This document shows, piece by piece, positions 10,937-19,559 of a DNA stretch of 64,000 nt (within the stretch, counting starts at the first letter, position 1; every line of letters begins with the position of its first letter). The stretch comes from a virus (lineage: Duplodnaviria; Caudoviricetes). The translations under genes and the position numbers were made by a program. The stretch lies in the IMG/VR virus record IMGVR_UViG_3300020190_000004. The stretch is one strand, 5' to 3'. Below the pieces are notes generated by a model. That model was not told the origin of the DNA, did no database searches, and worked only from the letters and a program-made list of their open reading frames with translations.

Positions 10937-11225
10937 AATTCTTTCCTTCAGTTCTTTTCTGCTTTGCGATTTCAGAAGCACCTGCTAATTGCTTGCGCTT
11001 CTCTTTTAAGTTGTTTTTATCTACCTCAAGTTTAAGTAACTTAATGTCGATTTCTAAGATTTGAGCTTCAAAGTCTTGCTTGTTCTTTATGTGAGCTTTA
11101 CGTTGGTTAGTGAGGTCAGCAATCTGAGCAAGTAACTCAGCGTTGGCCCCGCTTGTGTCAGCATTCGCCTCTTCATTAGCCGAATACTTCATTTTCTCCC
11201 AGTCACTAAATCTTGTCATTTTCAT
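10926..11225 (-). CDS. Coiled-coil protein with capsid-targeting-like N-terminus (MKMTRFSDWEK...ANEE)
   Basis: Heptad-rich; GAATATATA late-like motif at 11230-11238. Confidence 0.6.
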   Translation of the reverse strand: MKMTRFSDWEKMKYSANEEANADTSGANAELLAQIADLTNQRKAHIKNKQDFEAQILEIDIKLLKLEVDKNNLKEKRKQLAGASEIAKQKRTEGKNYEQ

Positions 11226-14200
11226 ATTGTATATATTCATCTGCTAAACAGAAATCTACATCAATTATAGAGTAGTTAACTGCATAGTACTCGTGTTCAT
11301 CGAGAACAACTGCGTGTTCCCATTCAGTGCCAATTAACTCCTGAGCCATGACACCTATGAATCTTGTGTTGCTATCCCATACATATGTAAATTCATATAT
11401 GTTAATGCCTGACGGAGAAACGCCTATAAGTTTAATGTTATCTTTTAATCTTCTGTCAGATGTATTCATTACACCTGTAACGTTTAAATTTTGTACAGTT
11501 AAGTTAGAAAGCGCTGATTTAACGGCTTGTGCAATCGCGGTGGCGTCGCCGCCTCCGCCTCCGCCTCCGCCTCCGACAATTGAACCTGGGGTCGGGGAAG
11601 ATACAACGTTTTGTGCAGTGTTGCCTATAGCCCCTAATTTCTCTCCCAGGGTTTGCGTCAAATCCGCTCCAGGAATCTCCGGATCGCCCGCCTTATAGAT
11701 GCTAGCAGCAATATCACGCATAGCTTGTATTTTGGATTCAATAAGACTAAAGTCGGTGTTTGCGACTGTAACTACAGCGTCAGTCCAAATTTTGTAAGCA
11801 TTTATACCATCAGGTGTCATTACCATGAAGTTGTGACTGAATGTACCCATGTCTTTAGCAAATTGTGTAAACGCCTTTGTGAATCTTTCAAATGGTGTGA
11901 CCATGTTAGAAAGTCTTTGCATCTGATTGGTAAAGTGCCATAGGTTTTGCAGCGCAGGTATGTTCATGTCTCTTTTCATAGTCCTGCCAAGTATTGACAT
12001 ACTTACATCGAAGGAAAGTATTAGTTGATCCATCGGGATGTTTTTGTCCTTGGCCTTTTGAAATATATCAGTTGCTCTGTAATAAAGCAATGATGCCGTA
12101 ACGTTTTCTTGTAAACCAGGATTGATATAAGTGTGGAAATTCCACAAGGCGTCTTTCAACACACCTACACTTTTTGAAATAAGTTCAGCACCGGATATGT
12201 AACGTTTAACTGGCCATATGAAAGGAGAATTTCCAGCAAATTCTAGTCCATATACTTCAGGATATTTTGCACGAACTTTCATAATCACAGCGGTAGCTTC
12301 AGAATACAATTCAGTAGTTTCAATCAACAATTCAAATGTTGGGTTTATCGTATTATCAAGATGCCACATCATGTGGGTTAGTCCTTCATAGTTTGCGTGT
12401 GCCAAATGACCAGCTTCTGATAATGCGCCTGGAAAAAATGTTAAGATATCATACAAGTTAACTTTAGCGTCAGCAACCATGTCAGTGAAATTAATAACCT
12501 TTCCTGGCACCAATTTAGGATTTCCTTTCTTATCTTTAACAACCTCTTGTTGAACAAATTGCCCGCTTCCCATCTTGATGATTGCGTCAGCTAGTACGCC
12601 AATTGGTTCAGCTACTTCACCCATCGCTTCAATACCTGACTTAACATCGCCAAAGACTATACCAAAGAAACTACCGCCTCCTGCGTATGCTCTACCAAAA
12701 TCGCCAAGAGGGCCAGCTAAACCGTCTAAGATTTTTCCAATACCCGCTGCTGCCAGCTCAAAGTGCCCTTCGTTAAGAGTTATTACTTGGTCAGGAACAA
12801 CCTTTGCTTTGGGAGTTCCTGGGTTAATTACCTTTTGAGTAATCACTTGCATTTGTGCCATTTTGATAACACCTTCAGCAAGACCACCCAAAGATTCACT
12901 AAGGAGACCTAAACCTTCAAGTCCTTTTTCAACATACCCGCCAGAGAACCAACTGCTGCCTTCTTCCATAGCTTTACCAAAGTCTGTAAGAGGTGTGGCT
13001 ATCCAAGAAAGTATAGTTCCTACATTTGATCCAGCATTAGCAAAGTCGACCCAAGATAGTTTTCTTACGTAATCTGGAACTATCTTGGTTCCGCCTTTTC
13101 CGTCATCAATCACTTTATTTACAACGACTTCCAAGTTAGCCATTTTTACTATACCTTCAGCAAGACCTCCCAAAGATTCCGATAGAGTTCCAAGACCTTC
13201 AAGACCAATTCTCATATAGTCAGGACTAACCCAATCTGACCAGAAGTCCCACCAGCTACCTGATCCGCCTGTACCGCCTTCAAGTTGCTTACCAAAGTTA
13301 GTAAGTGGTTCTGTCAATGACACGATAAGAGCACCCACGTTCTTACCAGCCTGGGTCATCATGCCCTCCGTAACCTGTCTGATTTTGCCGGGTACTACCT
13401 TAGCGTCAGGTGTCCCTCTACCTACAATCGTTTGTTCAATGAATTCCATGTTGGCCATCTTGGCCATTCCTTCTGCAAGACTTCCCAAAGACCCAGATAA
13501 AGTGCCGATTCCTTCAAGACCTATTCTCATGTAGTCTTTGCTGACTAGGTCAGCAAAGAAGTCAAGCAACCCTCCGCCGCCTCCCGTCCCGCCTTCAAGT
13601 GCAATACCAAAGTCAGTTAGCGGAGAAGTCATACCAGCAAGAAGCGCTCCTACGCTTAATGCAGCTTGTTCCATCATTTGCGGCGTAACTTTCATTACTT
13701 TGCCGGGGACGAGTTTAGCGTCAGGTGTCCCTTTATTAACTATTTCTTGGGTTATGAACTCCATGTTGGCCATCTTGGCCATCCCTTCAGCAAGGCCTGT
13801 TAATGAGCCAGATAGAGTGCCTAAGCCTTCAAGACCGATCTGCATGTAATTAGGACTTATTGCATCTGCAAAAAAGGAAAAGAATCCGCCTCCGCCTGTT
13901 CCACCCTCAAGCTGAATACCAAAATTAGTAAGTGGTGCTGTTAGCGTAGAGAGAAGGGTGCCTATGTTAGTAGCAGCAGCTTTGAAATCGCTTTCCTGGA
14001 GCTTTGTCACTTTATCAGGCACGATCATTGCCTCCTTAGTACCCTTGTTAATCACTTTGTTTTGAGTGACTTCAAGATTAGCCATCCCCTGAATACCGGT
14101 AGCAAGCGTTGTTAAAGATTCTGTTAAAATGCCAAAGTATTCAACTCCAGTAGCAATGTACCCGTCACTAAACCAACCGCTTCCTTCATCAAGAGCTTTT

Positions 14201-17200
14201 CCGAAGTCCATAAGAGGCGATGTAATGTTACTAAGTATAGCACCTATGTTTGTAGCAGAAGCTGTAAAGTGCCCTTCATTTAATTTAATGACTTTTCCAG
14301 GTACGATCATTGCGTCCTTAGTGCCCTTGTTAATCACTTCGTTTTCAATGACTTCAAGACTAGCCATCTGCTGAACACCTTTAGCAAGAGTAACCATACT
14401 ACTCGAAAGCTTGCCAAACATATCTAAACCCATTTCAATGTAGCCATCGCTAAACCAACTACTTCCTTCGTCAACAGCTTTACCGAATTCCATAAGGGGC
14501 GAAGTGATTGCGCTAAGAATAGCATTTATGTTTTTGGCAGCTGCTGAAAAGTCAGACTTATCGAGTTTTCTAACATCACCCATGACAAGTTTAGCGTCCT
14601 TAGTGCCCGGGTTAATTACAACGTTAGTCATTACTTCCAGGTTAGCCATCTTAGCTACACCCTCAGCAAGAACTACCATAGAGTCGCTAAGTTTAGGCAT
14701 CATTTCAAGACCGGATTCAATGTAACCTGCTGTAAACCAACCACTGCCTTCGTCAACAGCTTTACCAAATTCCATTAGAGGGTCTGTTAAGCTGGTGAGA
14801 ATTAACTTGATGTTTTTACTAGCTTCTTTAAAGTCAGACTTATCAAGTTTTCTAACTTCGCCCATCACAAGTTTAGCTTTATCTGTCCCAGGGTTGATTA
14901 CAACGTTGGTCATTACTTCCAGGTTAGCCATCTTAGCTACACCTTCAGCAAGCGTAGCAATAGAGTCCGCCATAATAGGCATCATCTCAAGACCCTTCTG
15001 CATAATGCCTTTTGTAAACCAACTACTACCAACTGAAGCAGCCATACCAAACTCCATTAAAGGGCCTGTTAATGTAGTAATCATTAACTTGATGTTATTG
15101 GCAGCGTCTTTAAAGTCGCTTTTCTTGAGTTTACGAGTTTCTCCTAAAACAAGTTGAGCTTTATCTGTTCCAGGATTAGCTACCACCATTGAGGTAACTT
15201 CAAGATTGGCAATCTTAGCAACAGCCTCCGCTAATGTTGTTATTGCATAGCTTGCGGTTGCCATTGCTATAGAACCGTACATAATAAGATATGCTGAAAT
15301 AGGATTGCCCATGATAGCAAAGCCTTCAAGTATTGCGTAAGCCAATGAAGTTATCATATCTCCCATCAGCTGACCAGTTTTCTTATCATACTTGACTTGA
15401 TTAAATACCGCGACTGCTCCTGTTAAAGCAATTATCCCCGCTGATGCAAAAACCAAAGACGTACCACCAAGAATCACAAAAAGAGCTATCAAAGGAAAGC
15501 CCAAAGAAGCTACCGAAAGACCTAATACAGAAATAGAGTCAGCGAGAGCATGTATGTTATCCATGTTTATTCCAGGTAACGAACCAATTACTGCAACCAC
15601 GCCAGCAAATACCATTAAAGGTATAGCTGCCGTTTCGAGAGCAATGGATCCAATAATAACAAGGGCAGCTAAAAGAGGTATACCAAATATCGCGAATGCG
15701 CCGGCTAGCAGTATGATGGATCCAGCAAGTGCTGCTGCGCCAGCGATTACTCTCGGCGCGTCGAGGAAAGAATAGATAGCAAGAACGGCAGAAAATATCA
15801 TTAAAGGGAAACTTGCCTTGCCAAGAGTAAAAGACCCTAAATGTATCGCTGCAGCAATAACAGGAATACCCGCAAGAGCAAATGCACCACCTAATAGTAC
15901 AATACTAATGGCAAGCGCACCAGCTCCCAAAATTATCTGCGGTGCGAAGAAACCAGCAACCAGAGCAGCAGCGCCAATTAGCATGGTAGGGTTTACCATC
16001 TTTTGAACCGCTTGAGCACCAAAGTCAATCCAGACCGCAACCTGTCCCGCAAGCGCAAAAGCACCGGAAAGAAGAGCTATTGCTACCGAAATTACTACAC
16101 CGCCCAAAAGAACTTTCATCGGAAATAGCCCTGCGATAAGTAATGCAACAGTGAGACTCAGGATAGGTTTAGTCATACTGTTAATAGCAGTTGCTGCCAG
16201 CGTTATTTCAGGGAATAAAGCGGCGGTTGCTCCCATCACGAGTAAAAGAACCCCCATCGCTAATATGAAGGTAAGCGCACCGATAGCGAACGTTTTAGCA
16301 AATAAACCTATAAGTACGAATGTTAAACCTAACCTAAATGCAACACCTGCAATTATGCTGATTGCTTCAGCGGCAGTGAGCACTGCGGGAAATAGCTTGG
16401 CTACTGCTCCAAATATAAGGAGCATAGCTCCTACTGTTAAAGCAAATACCAAGGCACCTATAGCAAACTGTTTAGCAAAAAATCCTATCAGAATGAATGT
16501 TAAAGTTAAACGGAACGCAGTACCAGCTATTGCAGCAATACCAGCAGTGGCTATTGCAAGCTGAGGCACTGCCATTGCAACCAATCCAAATATAAGAAGC
16601 ATGGCAGCAACAACGATTGCAAAAACCAATGCACCTTTCGCAAAAGGGACCATGAGTAGCGATATGATAGTCATTCCCAATGCAAACATAATAGCACTGC
16701 CACCTATACCTACAAGCTCTGCTACTGCAGCTACATTAGTGACCGCAGACGCAGCTAGCAAACTAAATAGTGATAACATGGCAAATACTACAACAGAGAA
16801 TACCAATGCGCCTAAAGCAGCCATTGGTGCTAAAAATAACCACGCAGCCATAGCAAGACCGAATAGCGCTGCCCCTCCGGCTACGCCCATAAGTTCTACA
16901 ACAGCGGCCATGTTTGTTGTGGCGTTCATAAGAACCCCTGATAAAATACGCAGAGTCATCGCAACTGTTGCCCCAAAACCAGCAGCACCCGCCATAGATA
17001 AAGGTGTCAAGACAGACATCGCAGCCATGTCTTTCATAAACGTGCCTGCGTTACCAAGGATAGCGTTCATAAGATCAGCTGTTGCTTGCATCTTCTCAGT
17101 ATCCATTTCCTTGGTGGCTTCATCTAATGCAGTTACGATATCGTTGATAACGATTGCAACATTAGACCCTAAACTCTTATCTATAGATTCTGCCTCGGAA

Positions 17201-17427
17201 AGTGCTTTAATAAGTTCTGCCAAGGCTTTTGCTGATGAAGCAATATCACCCGCATCGATTTTTTCTCCCTTTTTTTCTTCCTTGCCTTTGTCATCATCCT
17301 TGCCATCCTTGCCACCTTTGCCACCTGTATTCTTTTCAATTTTTTCAAGAATCGCGTTGATAGGTGCACCTGGGCCTAAAAGCTTATTGAGTTGTTGACC
17401 TATATACTGTGCATCTGCATTCGCCAT
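11206..17427 (-). CDS. Tail tape measure protein with C-terminal peptidase S74 (intramolecular chaperone) domain
   Basis: 2073 aa, directly downstream of tube/gp26/gp51-like genes; Ala/Gly-rich helical hydrophobic repeats; ends GGGGGGGG...NT-SDRRLKDNI...YEFTY...FIGVMAQEL...YAVNYS. Confidence 0.8.
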   Translation of the reverse strand: MANADAQYIGQQLNKLLGPGAPINAILEKIEKNTGGKGGKDGKDDDKGKEEKKGEKIDAGDIASSAKALAELIKALSEAESIDKSLGSNVAIVINDIVTALDEATKEMDTEKMQATADLMNAILGNAGTFMKDMAAMSVLTPLSMAGAAGFGATVAMTLRILSGVLMNATTNMAAVVELMGVAGGAALFGLAMAAWLFLAPMAALGALVFSVVVFAMLSLFSLLAASAVTNVAAVAELVGIGGSAIMFALGMTIISLLMVPFAKGALVFAIVVAAMLLIFGLVAMAVPQLAIATAGIAAIAGTAFRLTLTFILIGFFAKQFAIGALVFALTVGAMLLIFGAVAKLFPAVLTAAEAISIIAGVAFRLGLTFVLIGLFAKTFAIGALTFILAMGVLLLVMGATAALFPEITLAATAINSMTKPILSLTVALLIAGLFPMKVLLGGVVISVAIALLSGAFALAGQVAVWIDFGAQAVQKMVNPTMLIGAAALVAGFFAPQIILGAGALAISIVLLGGAFALAGIPVIAAAIHLGSFTLGKASFPLMIFSAVLAIYSFLDAPRVIAGAAALAGSIILLAGAFAIFGIPLLAALVIIGSIALETAAIPLMVFAGVVAVIGSLPGINMDNIHALADSISVLGLSVASLGFPLIALFVILGGTSLVFASAGIIALTGAVAVFNQVKYDKKTGQLMGDMITSLAYAILEGFAIMGNPISAYLIMYGSIAMATASYAITTLAEAVAKIANLEVTSMVVANPGTDKAQLVLGETRKLKKSDFKDAANNIKLMITTLTGPLMEFGMAASVGSSWFTKGIMQKGLEMMPIMADSIATLAEGVAKMANLEVMTNVVINPGTDKAKLVMGEVRKLDKSDFKEASKNIKLILTSLTDPLMEFGKAVDEGSGWFTAGYIESGLEMMPKLSDSMVVLAEGVAKMANLEVMTNVVINPGTKDAKLVMGDVRKLDKSDFSAAAKNINAILSAITSPLMEFGKAVDEGSSWFSDGYIEMGLDMFGKLSSSMVTLAKGVQQMASLEVIENEVINKGTKDAMIVPGKVIKLNEGHFTASATNIGAILSNITSPLMDFGKALDEGSGWFSDGYIATGVEYFGILTESLTTLATGIQGMANLEVTQNKVINKGTKEAMIVPDKVTKLQESDFKAAATNIGTLLSTLTAPLTNFGIQLEGGTGGGGFFSFFADAISPNYMQIGLEGLGTLSGSLTGLAEGMAKMANMEFITQEIVNKGTPDAKLVPGKVMKVTPQMMEQAALSVGALLAGMTSPLTDFGIALEGGTGGGGGLLDFFADLVSKDYMRIGLEGIGTLSGSLGSLAEGMAKMANMEFIEQTIVGRGTPDAKVVPGKIRQVTEGMMTQAGKNVGALIVSLTEPLTNFGKQLEGGTGGSGSWWDFWSDWVSPDYMRIGLEGLGTLSESLGGLAEGIVKMANLEVVVNKVIDDGKGGTKIVPDYVRKLSWVDFANAGSNVGTILSWIATPLTDFGKAMEEGSSWFSGGYVEKGLEGLGLLSESLGGLAEGVIKMAQMQVITQKVINPGTPKAKVVPDQVITLNEGHFELAAAGIGKILDGLAGPLGDFGRAYAGGGSFFGIVFGDVKSGIEAMGEVAEPIGVLADAIIKMGSGQFVQQEVVKDKKGNPKLVPGKVINFTDMVADAKVNLYDILTFFPGALSEAGHLAHANYEGLTHMMWHLDNTINPTFELLIETTELYSEATAVIMKVRAKYPEVYGLEFAGNSPFIWPVKRYISGAELISKSVGVLKDALWNFHTYINPGLQENVTASLLYYRATDIFQKAKDKNIPMDQLILSFDVSMSILGRTMKRDMNIPALQNLWHFTNQMQRLSNMVTPFERFTKAFTQFAKDMGTFSHNFMVMTPDGINAYKIWTDAVVTVANTDFSLIESKIQAMRDIAASIYKAGDPEIPGADLTQTLGEKLGAIGNTAQNVVSSPTPGSIVGGGGGGGGGDATAIAQAVKSALSNLTVQNLNVTGVMNTSDRRLKDNIKLIGVSPSGINIYEFTYVWDSNTRFIGVMAQELIGTEWEHAVVLDEHEYYAVNYSIIDVDFCLADEYIQYENDKI
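12450..15270 (-). repeat. About 10 tandem 94-105-aa repeats in the tape measure protein
   Basis: Recurring LAEGVAKMANLEV..VINPGT.DAKLV.G.V.KL...F...A.NI..IL..LT.PL.EFG.A..EGS.WF; nucleotide-level copies 282 nt apart (14629 vs 14911) and 315 nt apart (13447 vs 13762). Confidence 0.85.
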
Positions 17428-17454
17428 CTATGGGTTTGTCTATTGTGATTTTTG

Positions 17455-17462
17455 TATATATC
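17455..17462 (-). promoter_or_regulatory. Putative late promoter GATATATA (tape measure gene)
   Basis: Exact motif directly after a terminator hairpin. Confidence 0.6.
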
Positions 17463-17494
17463 AAAAGACCCGAGACACAACGGTCTCGGGTCTT
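17463..17494 (-). terminator. Rho-independent terminator
   Basis: 12-bp perfect stem AAGACCCGAGAC/GTCTCGGGTCTT, 6-nt loop, short T run. Confidence 0.7.
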
Positions 17495-17512
17495 AGGCGA
17501 AAGTCTATATTT

Positions 17513-17848
17513 TTAGAAAAACTTCGGCATACTCGGCATACTCGGCATACTCGGCATACTTGGCATTTTAAAGCTTCCGGGGTTAAAGCTTGATGATTGC
17601 GCCCATGAAGGTAAACCTTGGTTAGCGTTTCTCATCATATCAGCAGCTCCGCGTCTAGCATCATCCATGCCGCTAGTGGATTGCTGTTCTTTTTCCTGTT
17701 GCTTTCTGGATTCATTTTCCCTTTCGTTCCAATTCTTAAGGTTGTCCATCAGCATTTCTGCTCTCCAAAATTCGAAGCGATCAAGCTCAGACGGTTGAAG
17801 ACGAAGAATTTTAAGCATGAGGAACTCAACCTCAAACCAATTCTCCAA
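17513..17848 (-). CDS. T4 gp51-like baseplate hub/tail assembly protein (possible TTG start at 17848, or a frameshift extension of the upstream gene)
   Basis: SLENWFEVEFLMLKILRLQPSELDRFEFWRAEMLMDNLKNWNEREN resembles small gp51-like proteins that follow gp26 in T4-like cyanomyoviruses. Confidence 0.55.
   Translation of the reverse strand: MENWFEVEFLMLKILRLQPSELDRFEFWRAEMLMDNLKNWNERENESRKQQEKEQQSTSGMDDARRGAADMMRNANQGLPSWAQSSSFNPGSFKMPSMPSMPSMPSMPKFF
17524..17559. repeat. 9-bp tandem repeat x4 (TCGGCATAC) encoding (MPS)n
   Basis: Visible tandem repeat at the 3' end of the gp51-like gene. Confidence 0.85.
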
Positions 17849-18845
17849 AGATATCTGAAATAAGGAAAATAGACTTGACTCCTGACTGAAAGTTAAGCGG
17901 AGCAGTGGCCTCCGTCCCACTCATTGAACGATAGCGAACTTGCGGTTTAACCGAAGATGCTAGCATGTCAACTAATTTATCCATAACGGAGATCTTTTGC
18001 AATGACCATGTATACGATTCTTGCACAGCTTTATCATACACATTCTGATTAACACTTTTCCAATCCGGAAAAAGAAAAGGTGCGTACTTAACGAAAGATT
18101 TATCAAAGTTTGTACCGCTTTGTTGACGTTGCTTTAAGTAATTCTTGATGAATAGCATTGTTCCAAGAGACGGTAAATACATTTTGAAATTTTCACCGTT
18201 TTTCATACGAATATCAAAGCAACGATCGTTGTTATCAAAGTAATTCATTAATCTCTCATCTGCATTAAAGTAATCAATAACATCTTTAGTTACTTCTACT
18301 CTTTCTTCAAGACCTTCATCATTAGTAACAGTTACAAACATTTTATTTTCACCGTTCTTAAATGTATAGTCACGAATAGCAAAGATTAGATAGAAACGGT
18401 CAATTTCCTTTAGATCTTTGTATGTACCGGGTTTACCAGGCACTTTAATGCGAGCACACTTATCAACAATAAAGTTAAGCATGTCATCAACACCTAATAA
18501 GTCATTTTCGTCTATCGTTGACCAGTGGCGTATCTCAGCAACTGATGCAGAACGAATAGCAACTTGTGTCCCCGGTTCGTAAAACATACCCCCTGATGGT
18601 AGGTTTTCTAATGGAACAGTTTTCCAACCAAGCTCATTAGCAATTGGATCTTCTTCCTCATAAATTTTGAACTTCTCTGCTTTACCAAGTGAAGTTGGTT
18701 GTGCAATCAGAACGGGATCTTCTGCAACAGTTTCAACTTCAACTTTTTTAGCAGCAGCGGCAGCAGCAGCTTCTTCTTGCTGGGCAAGTAATTTGGCTTC
18801 TCGTTCAATCTGCTCTTTAAAGTCGTTGTTTTGTTCTTCTGACAT
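17832..18845 (-). CDS. T4 gp26-like baseplate hub assembly/tail chaperone protein
   Basis: LPSGGMFY...VAIRSASVAE...DLKEIDRFYLIFAIRDYTF pattern; located between tube and tape measure genes. Confidence 0.65.
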   Translation of the reverse strand: MSEEQNNDFKEQIEREAKLLAQQEEAAAAAAAKKVEVETVAEDPVLIAQPTSLGKAEKFKIYEEEDPIANELGWKTVPLENLPSGGMFYEPGTQVAIRSASVAEIRHWSTIDENDLLGVDDMLNFIVDKCARIKVPGKPGTYKDLKEIDRFYLIFAIRDYTFKNGENKMFVTVTNDEGLEERVEVTKDVIDYFNADERLMNYFDNNDRCFDIRMKNGENFKMYLPSLGTMLFIKNYLKQRQQSGTNFDKSFVKYAPFLFPDWKSVNQNVYDKAVQESYTWSLQKISVMDKLVDMLASSVKPQVRYRSMSGTEATAPLNFQSGVKSIFLISDIFGELV

Positions 18846-18863
18846 ATAAAATGGTTTTGTTTA

Positions 18864-18891
18864 ATTATATATCCATTGGCAAGAAAAGTTC
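18864..18891 (-). promoter_or_regulatory. Hybrid promoter: GAAC-N18-TATAAT overlapping GATATATA
   Basis: Both recurring motifs coincide (GATATATA at 18866-18873). Confidence 0.55.
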
Positions 18892-18914
18892 TTATTTTTG
18901 GGAAATTTGTGAAT

Positions 18915-18940
18915 AAAAAAAGGGAGCCAGAGCTCCCTTT
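18915..18940 (-). terminator. Rho-independent terminator after the tail tube gene
   Basis: Stem AAAGGGAGC/GCTCCCTTT, 4-nt loop, T-tract. Confidence 0.8.
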
Positions 18941-18958
18941 GTAGTAGTTTGATTAAGA

Positions 18959-19516
18959 TTAGAGAATTGTCTCTTCCCAGTAATCACAACGTAATGTGAA
19001 TCCGGTGATTTTGTAGATATCGTTACTACCAAAATCTGTTTCAATAGGAGTGATAGGCGATGTTGGGAAACATATCGGGAACTTAATCTGACGGAAGATA
19101 TCACCATTCTTGTTAAAGTAGTTGATGATCATCGGTCCTCCAGTGTAGTCCTTTTTCAATCCCATTCTTCCTGTAAGTGGATCATAGATAAGATCACACC
19201 ATTTACGAAGTGCTTTGTAGCAATACATTGAGTTTGCATCGTCAAGGTTGACTTCGAAATCAAGTTGTACATCGCAAGTAGTTGCATCTACCATACCACC
19301 AGCAAACGAACGTTTAGCTGATTTGTATTTTTGTTCAACAACTGCCGGTGAACGGTTAACATCAACTCCACCAACTTTAAGAACGTTTTCCATTACTAGA
19401 GTCCAGCCTGTAACAGCAGCAGGAGGCTGTAGTGTAACCTCAAACTGTGCCAAGTACACCGGCTCGTACTGAGCCATGGCGGCTTTGGAATTTCTATAGT
19501 GCGGTAATCCTGCCAT
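18959..19516 (-). CDS. gp19: Tail tube protein (T4 gp19-like)
   Basis: 185 aa after the sheath gene; ALRKWCDLIYDPLTGRMGLKKDY, final CDYWEE. Confidence 0.85.
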   Translation of the reverse strand: MAGLPHYRNSKAAMAQYEPVYLAQFEVTLQPPAAVTGWTLVMENVLKVGGVDVNRSPAVVEQKYKSAKRSFAGGMVDATTCDVQLDFEVNLDDANSMYCYKALRKWCDLIYDPLTGRMGLKKDYTGGPMIINYFNKNGDIFRQIKFPICFPTSPITPIETDFGSNDIYKITGFTLRCDYWEETIL

Positions 19517-19547
19517 AGTATTTTAGTTTTCTTTTATTTATTCAATG

Positions 19548-19555
19548 TATATATC
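19548..19555 (-). promoter_or_regulatory. Putative late promoter GATATATA
   Basis: Exact motif upstream of the tube gene. Confidence 0.6.
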
Positions 19556-19559
19556 TTTC

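Noticed and set aside
11348-17398. Many plus-strand ORFs opposite the tape measure gene (up to 265 aa)
   Set aside because: Antisense shadows of a repetitive Ala/Gly-rich gene; no promoters or family motifs.
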